From NCBI GenBank assembly GCA_038216465.1, contig JBBQQC010000019.1, forward strand, positions 482 to 64,481: a DNA stretch of 64,000 nt, read 5' to 3'. The notes beneath the pieces are model-generated. The model was not told where the DNA came from and did no database searches. It saw only the letters and a program-made list of their open reading frames with translations. The DNA is from Burkholderiales bacterium. Its GTDB lineage: Bacteria > Pseudomonadota > Gammaproteobacteria > Burkholderiales > Burkholderiaceae_F. Numbering within the stretch: position 1 is the stretch's first letter; every line of letters starts with the position of its first letter. The position numbers were made by a program, and so were the translations under genes. This document shows positions 58,059 through 64,000 of the stretch, piece after piece.

Positions 58059-59899
58059 GCGCGATGCCGAAGGACGGCGCAGCGGCAGTTTTGAAAAACA
58101 CAACGTCGCAACGCGAAAAAGCACGCGCGCAGCCGGTGCAGGCGCCGCCGGGTCGGGTGACAAGCGGGTTCGTCGTCAAGCAACTGGTGGCCGACGGTTT
58201 GTTGTCGGAAGCCGATGCCGAGCGCTTCAAGATCACCGGTGGCCGCGAGCGCGCGGGCCATCCGCTGGTGGTGCTGGCTGAGATGAACTACCGGTCGCCG
58301 CAAGCTGACCGCCAATTGCTCGATCTCGAAACGCTGACACGCTGGATCGCACAGAAGGCCGCGCTGCCGTACTTCCACATCGATCCGCTGAAGGTCGACT
58401 TCACGCGCGTCGTTGACGTGATGTCCGCGTCGTATGCGACGACGTATTCCATCCTGCCGGTCGCGATGGGCGCGAGCGAGGTGACCATCGCGACCAGCGA
58501 GCCGTTCCTGACCGGCTGGGATCGCGAGATCGAGCAGATCACGAAGAAGACCGTGACGCGCGTTGTCGCCAACCCGCTCGATGTCGCGCGCTACACGACC
58601 GAGTTCTTCAAGCTCGCGCAGCAGGTGCGCGGCGCCGCCAAGACAGGCAGCACCGCACTGGTATCGAGCTTCGAACAGTTAGTCGAGTTGGGTGGCAAGG
58701 TCGAAGCCAACGACGCGCACGTAATCCATATCGTCGACTGGCTACTGCAATACGCCTTCGATCAGCGGGCGAGCGATATTCACCTGGAGCCGCGGCGCGA
58801 ATTCGGCGTTGCAAGGTTCCGCATCGACGGTGTGTTGCATCAGGTTTACCAGGTGCCCGCTGGTGTGATGGGCGCGATGACCAGTCGCATCAAACTGCTC
58901 GGGCGGATGGATGTGGTCGAAAAACGCCGTCCGCAGGACGGACGCATCAAGACCAAGGTCACGACCGGGCAGAACGCGGGCCGCGAAGTCGAGATCCGGC
59001 TGTCGACGCTGCCGACCGCCTTCGGCGAAAAGCTCGTGATGCGCATCTTCGATCCGGAAGTCGTCGTGCGCAGCTATGCCGAGCTCGGATTCGCGAATGA
59101 AGAAGCGAAGCTGTGGGAAAACTGGATTCATCGGCCGTCCGGCATCGTCCTGGTTACGGGGCCGACCGGCTCGGGCAAGACCACGACGCTGTATTCGACG
59201 CTGAAGCAGCTGGCGACCGATGAGGTCAACGTCAGCACCGTCGAAGATCCGATCGAGATGGTGGATCCAGCGCTGAACCAGATGCAGGTCCAGCACGGCA
59301 TCGATCTGGGCTTCGCTGACGGCCTGCGCGCGTTGATGCGGCAGGACCCGGACATCATCATGGTCGGTGAGATCCGCGACAAGGAAACGGCCGACATGGC
59401 GGTGCAGGCCGCGCTGACCGGTCATCTGGTGTTCTCGACGCTGCATACCAACGATGCGGCGTCGTCGATCGCGCGACTGCTCGAGCTTGGGGTGCCTAAC
59501 TATCTGGTCAACGCGACGCTGGTCGGTATTCTCGCGCAGCGGCTGATCCGCACGTTGTGTCCGCACTGCAAGGCGCTCGGTGACCCAATCGATCCGGCGC
59601 TGTGGAAGGAACTCGTCAACCCTTGGCGTTCAAATATTCCCGACAAGGTCTACAAGCCGGTCGGCTGTCTCGAATGCCGCAACACCGGCTACATGCGGCG
59701 CACCGGGTTGATCGAAATGCTGGTGATGACCGACGCGATGCGGGCGCTGGTCGCGCAACAGGGCGACATCGTCAAGATGCGCAGTCAGGCCGCGCGCGAT
59801 GGGTTGAGGTCGTTACGCCTGTCCGGTGCGCAGAAAATCGCAAACGGGATGACGACGATGGACGAAGTGTTGAAGGCGGCGCCACCGTTTACGACTTGA
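58055..59899 (+). CDS. GspE/PilB-family secretion (type II/IV pilus-type) ATPase with T2SSE N-terminal domain
   Basis: Walker A VTGPTGSGKTTTLY, Asp box VSTVEDPIE, Walker B DPDIIMVGEIRD, His box TGHLVFSTLHTND, tetracysteine CPHC...CLEC and an N-domain (LDLETLTRWIAQKAALPYFHIDPLKVD). The ATG overlaps the DUF1631 stop (ATGA). Confidence 0.9.
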   Translation: MSAMPKDGAAAVLKNTTSQREKARAQPVQAPPGRVTSGFVVKQLVADGLLSEADAERFKITGGRERAGHPLVVLAEMNYRSPQADRQLLDLETLTRWIAQKAALPYFHIDPLKVDFTRVVDVMSASYATTYSILPVAMGASEVTIATSEPFLTGWDREIEQITKKTVTRVVANPLDVARYTTEFFKLAQQVRGAAKTGSTALVSSFEQLVELGGKVEANDAHVIHIVDWLLQYAFDQRASDIHLEPRREFGVARFRIDGVLHQVYQVPAGVMGAMTSRIKLLGRMDVVEKRRPQDGRIKTKVTTGQNAGREVEIRLSTLPTAFGEKLVMRIFDPEVVVRSYAELGFANEEAKLWENWIHRPSGIVLVTGPTGSGKTTTLYSTLKQLATDEVNVSTVEDPIEMVDPALNQMQVQHGIDLGFADGLRALMRQDPDIIMVGEIRDKETADMAVQAALTGHLVFSTLHTNDAASSIARLLELGVPNYLVNATLVGILAQRLIRTLCPHCKALGDPIDPALWKELVNPWRSNIPDKVYKPVGCLECRNTGYMRRTGLIEMLVMTDAMRALVAQQGDIVKMRSQAARDGLRSLRLSGAQKIANGMTTMDEVLKAAPPFTT

Positions 59900-59915
59900 C
59901 GGGCGATAGCGGGCG

Positions 59916-60680
59916 TCAGACCCAGAGCGTGGCGACGCCCCATCCGATCAAGGCGATGCCAGCGATGCGGCCCATCCACCGGCCAGCGGGCCAGACCTTC
60001 TCAATCAGCACGAAAAGGGCCAGCGCGGCAATCCAGACCAGATTCATCACGCCGCCAACGAACAGCAAGAGCATCAGCAGCCAGCAGCAGCCGACGCAAT
60101 AAGCGCCGTGAAGCGCGCCGAGACGCAGCGCGCCCAGCGCGTGCGGGCGCCAGTGGCGCGACAGGAACGACGCTGGCGCGCGGCAATGCGACAAACAAAC
60201 ATTTTTCAGCGGCGAAAGCTGATAGAGGCCCGCGGCAATCAGTACTCCGGCGGAAAACCAGCGGTCCTGTGATCCCATCGCCATCGGCGAAACGATCTCG
60301 TAGCGTGCAAGCAGCCAGTGCAACGTGGCGGCAACAACGGAGAAGCCCAACCAAACCAGCAGATAGCCTGCAGTGAATACGCCGGTTGGCGCGAGTTTGC
60401 TCTGCGTTTGGCTCGGTGAAAGTGCCTGCCGGTAAACCAGCGCGTAAAGCAGAATTGCCGGGGTGGCACTCGGCGACATCATCGCGATCATCATGACCCA
60501 CCACATCGCGATGATCAGCGTCCAGCTGGCGAGCCCCCACGCCGCGCCCGCCGGCGCCATTTCCATCGTGCCCATGTCCATGCCAGTCATGTCCGGTGCC
60601 ATGACGCCCGCGTGTTGGTGCGGGAACAACATGAAACCGGTCATCTCCCACACGTTCATGCCGAGCCCGGGACCCAGCAC
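59916..60680 (-). CDS. DUF2182 family predicted metal-binding integral membrane protein
   Basis: Multi-helix protein with Met/His-rich N-terminal region (HQHAGVMAPDMTGMDMGTMEM) and a C-terminal Cys cluster (GAYCVGCCW). The tracked start is GTG 60680. The same frame stays open upstream to the DUF1326 stop and encodes ...FERLLRRDRTITLAGLATLCALAWLYT with no ATG/GTG. Confidence 0.7.
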   Translation of the reverse strand: MLGPGLGMNVWEMTGFMLFPHQHAGVMAPDMTGMDMGTMEMAPAGAAWGLASWTLIIAMWWVMMIAMMSPSATPAILLYALVYRQALSPSQTQSKLAPTGVFTAGYLLVWLGFSVVAATLHWLLARYEIVSPMAMGSQDRWFSAGVLIAAGLYQLSPLKNVCLSHCRAPASFLSRHWRPHALGALRLGALHGAYCVGCCWLLMLLLFVGGVMNLVWIAALALFVLIEKVWPAGRWMGRIAGIALIGWGVATLWV

Positions 60681-60781
60681 GGTGTACAGCCAGGCGAGCG
60701 CGCAAAGCGTCGCGAGCCCCGCAAGCGTGATCGTGCGGTCGCGCCTCAGCAGGCGTTCAAAAGCAGATGGAAATGCGCGCG

Positions 60782-61414
60782 TCAGGCTCGCACGACACCG
60801 TGATTGTTGAGATGCAGCCGCGCGAACTGGCCATATTTGTCATCTATCGAGACCTTGACAGGGCCACTGGTCGTGCTCGACGCGCTGCCGATCTCGGCAA
60901 CCGAATATTCGAAACCGTTGGGCAACACGATCTGCGCCCGCGTTTCGTCGCCCGAGACCTTGTTGCGGATCGGCTTGCCGACCGTTTCAATGTAATCCTT
61001 GACGAAGATGCGGCCCTTGCGACCGTCGATGTCGAGCTCAAGATCGATCTTCGTGAAGACGGGATTGTTCATGGTGGTTACCGTCGAAGCGTAGACGGCA
61101 AACATCGTCGCAAACGGGTCGGTGTCTTGTCCCGTCATGATCTTCAACAGCGCCTCGCGCTGCTGCGCGTCGGCCTTCTCGTCCACGAAGGCGATGGCTT
61201 CGCCGTTGCCCTCATGAATCGCTCCGGGCCATTTGAAGATAGCGGCGATCCGGAGGCCATCAAGCTTGGTCTTGCCGTAGTGGCCCTGGTCGATCTGAAT
61301 GCCCGCTACGGCGTGGCAATGGCCTTTGTCCGGCAGGCCGTTGAACTGACAGTTGCAGCCATACTCGCAAGTGCAATTGACCAACTCTCTGCCTTTGATC
61401 TCCCAAGATGTCAT
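60782..61414 (-). CDS. DUF1326 family protein (Cys-rich N-terminus)
   Basis: MTSWEIKGRELVNCTCEYGCNCQFNGLPDKGHCHAVAG... is the characteristic DUF1326 start. Usual partner of DUF2182. Confidence 0.75.
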   Translation of the reverse strand: MTSWEIKGRELVNCTCEYGCNCQFNGLPDKGHCHAVAGIQIDQGHYGKTKLDGLRIAAIFKWPGAIHEGNGEAIAFVDEKADAQQREALLKIMTGQDTDPFATMFAVYASTVTTMNNPVFTKIDLELDIDGRKGRIFVKDYIETVGKPIRNKVSGDETRAQIVLPNGFEYSVAEIGSASSTTSGPVKVSIDDKYGQFARLHLNNHGVVRA

Positions 61415-61503
61415 GTCGAACCTCCCGCAAAAGGTGGTGCGAGTCTAACCAACCAGACTACGAATGGCTACGGGCGTACCGGTAGGAGGATGTCGCATCG
61501 GCG

Positions 61504-62676
61504 TCACTTACTCAGCTGCCGCATCGCCCGCGTCAACCCATCGAGTGTCATCGGGAACATCTTTCCGCCGGCGATCTGACGGATCACCGAAATCGACTGG
61601 CGGTACTGCCACAGCTGTTCGGGCTCAGGATTTAGCCACACCGATTTCGGAAACGTCGAGAACAGTCGCTGCAGCCAGACTGCGCCTGCCTCGTCGTTAT
61701 TGTATTCGACCGAGCCGCCTGGTTGCAGCACTTCGTACGGGCTCATGGTCGCGTCGCCGACGAAGATCAGCTTCCAGTCGTGCGGATACTTGCGCAGCAC
61801 ATCCGACGTGGCGAAGCGCTTGGTATAGCGGCGCCGGTTGTTACGCCATAGGAATTCGTACACGCAGTTGTGAAAGTAGTAGAACTCCAGGTGTTTGAAC
61901 TCGTTCTTGGCGGCGCTGAATAACTCCTCCGTGCGTTTGATGTGCTCGTCCATCGTGCCGCCGACGTCGAGCAGCATCAGCACCTTGACGGTGTTGTGTC
62001 GCTCAGGCACCAGCTTTAGATCAAGCCAGCCAGCATTCTTCGCGGTCGATTCGATCGTGTCGTGCATATCAAGCTCGAGATCGGCGCCTTCGCGCGCAAA
62101 CCGGCGCAGCCGGCGCAGCGCGACCTTGATATTGCGCGTGCCGATCTCGACCGAATCGTCGTAGTCGCGATAGCCCCGCATCTCCCACACCTTGACGGCC
62201 GACTTGCCGCCTTTGGAGGCGCCGCCGATGCGAATTCCTTCGGGATGTGCGCCGCCGTGGCCAAACGGCGAAGTGCCGCCGGAGCCGATCCACTTGTTGC
62301 CGCCGTGGTGCGCGCCGTCCTGTTCATCGAGCCGCTTGCGAAACTCGTCCATCAACTTATCCCAGCCAAGCTTCTCTAGGTTCGCGATCTCTTCCGGCGA
62401 GAACGTGCGCTCGAGCATCTGCTTGAACCACTCGTCCGGAATCTCCTTCGCGAAGTCGATCGCGGTCTGCACGCCGTGAAAGTATTCTCCGAATGCGCGG
62501 TCGAAGCGGTCGAACTGCGTCTCGTCCTTGACCAGCGACGCGCGCGACAGGTAGTAGAACTGGTCGATCGAAGGGCCGATCACTCCGCGCTTCAGCGCGT
62601 CGAGCAGCGTCAGCAGCTCATTGATCGAAACCTTCAGCTTTGCCTGGCGCAGATGAAAGAAGAAATCAATCAGCAT
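61504..62676 (-). CDS. VWA domain protein (CoxE-like partner of a MoxR ATPase)
   Basis: MLIDFFFHLRQAKLKVSINELLTLLDAL... N-terminal region and C-terminal VWA (VLMLLDVGGTMD MIDAS-like DxGxT, then IFVGDATMSPYE). The start overlaps the GNAT 3' end by 11 nt. Confidence 0.8.
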   Translation of the reverse strand: MLIDFFFHLRQAKLKVSINELLTLLDALKRGVIGPSIDQFYYLSRASLVKDETQFDRFDRAFGEYFHGVQTAIDFAKEIPDEWFKQMLERTFSPEEIANLEKLGWDKLMDEFRKRLDEQDGAHHGGNKWIGSGGTSPFGHGGAHPEGIRIGGASKGGKSAVKVWEMRGYRDYDDSVEIGTRNIKVALRRLRRFAREGADLELDMHDTIESTAKNAGWLDLKLVPERHNTVKVLMLLDVGGTMDEHIKRTEELFSAAKNEFKHLEFYYFHNCVYEFLWRNNRRRYTKRFATSDVLRKYPHDWKLIFVGDATMSPYEVLQPGGSVEYNNDEAGAVWLQRLFSTFPKSVWLNPEPEQLWQYRQSISVIRQIAGGKMFPMTLDGLTRAMRQLSK

Positions 62677-63262
62677 GGCGGGCCAACCGCAGTGCAAGGT
62701 GCCGTTTCACATCCGGCCATTCGGTCGCAATGATGCTGTAAATCACCGTGTCACGCACGGTTCCATCGCGCCGCGGATGATGGTGGCGGATTACGCCGTC
62801 CTTTTTCGCACCGAGTGCTTCGATCGCGCGTTGAGATCGGAAGTTGAAATTATCGGTGCGCAGGCCGACAACCTTGCAGCCGAGCGTGTCGAACGCGTGC
62901 GTCATCAGCAGCAGCTTGCACGCCGTGTTGACGTGGCTCTTTTGCCAGCGCTGCGCGTACCACGTGTAGCCGATCTCGACGCGGTCGGCGCTGGCGACGA
63001 TGTCGTGATAGCGCGTGCTGCCTGCCACTGAATTCGTCGAAAGCTCGCGCACCGCCCACGGCAACATGTGGCCGGCCGTTTGTCCGGCTAGCGCAGCCTC
63101 AACGTAGTCCCGCGTCTTGTTCTGCTCGGGAACCGAAGTGAACCAGAGCTTCCACAGCTCGCCATCAGCGGCGGCATTCGCCAGCCCACTCTCGTGGTCG
63201 CGGGAAAGTGGTTCCAGCCGGACGCCGTAGCCTTGCAGCGTCACCGGCGCTGGGTTCACCAT
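62666..63262 (-). CDS. GNAT family N-acetyltransferase (RimJ/RimL-like)
   Basis: VRLEPLSRDHESGL..., IGYTWYAQRWQKSHVNTACKLLLMTHAFDTLGCKVVGLRTDNFNFRSQRAIEALGAKKDGVIR is a typical acetyltransferase core. The ATG overlaps the upstream stop (ATGA). Confidence 0.8.
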   Translation of the reverse strand: MVNPAPVTLQGYGVRLEPLSRDHESGLANAAADGELWKLWFTSVPEQNKTRDYVEAALAGQTAGHMLPWAVRELSTNSVAGSTRYHDIVASADRVEIGYTWYAQRWQKSHVNTACKLLLMTHAFDTLGCKVVGLRTDNFNFRSQRAIEALGAKKDGVIRHHHPRRDGTVRDTVIYSIIATEWPDVKRHLALRLARHAD

Positions 63263-64000
63263 CAGCGATTCTGGCGCGCCATGAACACCAGGCGCTCGAA
63301 CAGGTGCATGTCCTGTTCGTTCTTCAGCAGTGCCCCGGCTAGCGGTGGCACAACCAGTTTCTCGTCCTTGGAGCGCAGCGCGTCGGCTGGAATCTGTTCG
63401 GCGACCAGTAGCTTCAGCCAGTCGAGCAGCTCGGATGTCGAGGGCTTTTTCTTCAGCCCGGGCAGGTCGCGCGTGCCGAAAAACACTGACAGCGCACTTT
63501 GCAGCAGGTCTTTGCGCAGCTTCGGAAAATGAACGTCGACGATGGCCTGCATCGTTTCCTTATCCGGAAACTTGATGTAATGAAAGAAGCAGCGCCGCAA
63601 GAATGCGTCGGGCAATTCTTTTTCGTTGTTTGAGGTGATGACGACCAGCGGGCGGTGTCGCGCCTGCACGGTCTGCCGTGTCTCGTAGACGAAGAACTCC
63701 ATCCGATCCAGCTCGCGCAACAGGTCATTCGGAAACTCGATGTCCGCCTTGTCGATCTCGTCGATCAGAAGCACGCTCTTCTGCTCGGCTTCGAACGCCT
63801 GCCACAGCACGCCTTTGACGATGTAGTTGTGAATGTCCTGCACCCGTGCGTCGCCGAGCTGTGAGTCGCGCAGACGCGAGACGGCGTCGTACTCGTATAA
63901 ACCTTGCTGCGCCTTCGTGGTCGATTTGATGTGCCACGCCAGCAACGGCATGCCAAGCGCGCGCGCCACCTCTTCGGCCAGCATCGTCTTGCCGGTTCCG
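63262..64000 (-). CDS. MoxR-like AAA+ ATPase (5' end beyond the window)
   Basis: The frame continues to the window edge through the Walker A region (GTGKTMLAEEVARALG). Walker B LLIDEIDKA, then VITSNNEKELPDAFLRRCFFHYI. Confidence 0.85.
   Translation of the reverse strand, partial: GTGKTMLAEEVARALGMPLLAWHIKSTTKAQQGLYEYDAVSRLRDSQLGDARVQDIHNYIVKGVLWQAFEAEQKSVLLIDEIDKADIEFPNDLLRELDRMEFFVYETRQTVQARHRPLVVITSNNEKELPDAFLRRCFFHYIKFPDKETMQAIVDVHFPKLRKDLLQSALSVFFGTRDLPGLKKKPSTSELLDWLKLLVAEQIPADALRSKDEKLVVPPLAGALLKNEQDMHLFERLVFMARQNR

Noticed and set aside
58150-58225. MshEN-type c-di-GMP binding motif in the N-terminus of the GspE-like ATPase
   Set aside because: FVVKQLVADGLLSEADAERF has the hydrophobic-xxG-LL spacing, but it lacks the leading RLG and the second tandem half-motif. 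It cannot be distinguished by eye from the generic first helix of T2SSE N-domains.

Overview
GC-rich window (about 60% or more by eye, not computed) that looks like core chromosome of a Burkholderiaceae-type betaproteobacterium. The assignment rests on gene content and order (rpsP-rimM-trmD-rplS, then NUDIX, CobD-like, rsgA, PCD, M48 peptidase, orn, with parE and parC further on), not on any search. I support 62 protein-coding features, three of them disrupted or remnant genes, plus one tRNA-Arg(CCT), two rho-independent terminators, a perfect LexA/SOS box and two tentative promoters. Content is mostly housekeeping and metabolism: acyl-CoA metabolism (ligases, crotonase, ETF plus a large acyl-CoA dehydrogenase), a Liv-type ABC importer operon led by a panB paralog, a ribosomal protein operon, topoisomerase IV and htpG. 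I saw no CRISPR array, IS element, integrase, prophage or recognisable defence or toxin-antitoxin module. Many long antisense shadow ORFs in the track are GC artefacts. Most interesting: (1) two diverged DUF1631-type ~800-aa paralogs bracket a spermidine-synthase-fold gene, and the second is start/stop-coupled to an orphan GspE/PilB-type secretion ATPase with no platform, pilin or secretin gene in view. (2) Several coding lesions occur in otherwise conserved genes: an in-frame TAA inside parE, a 1-nt frameshift in an ABC exporter, an N-terminal remnant of an MFS transporter, and a DUF2182 gene whose conserved N-terminus lacks an ATG/GTG start. These point to either assembly errors or ongoing gene erosion. 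(3) One reading frame fuses ornithine aminotransferase to an amidinotransferase-superfamily domain. (4) A perfect SOS box sits in front of a PA0069-type radical SAM gene, next to a rubrerythrin / HdrD-like Fe-S / DUF3501 cluster. All family assignments come from motif recognition by eye and no database search was run.
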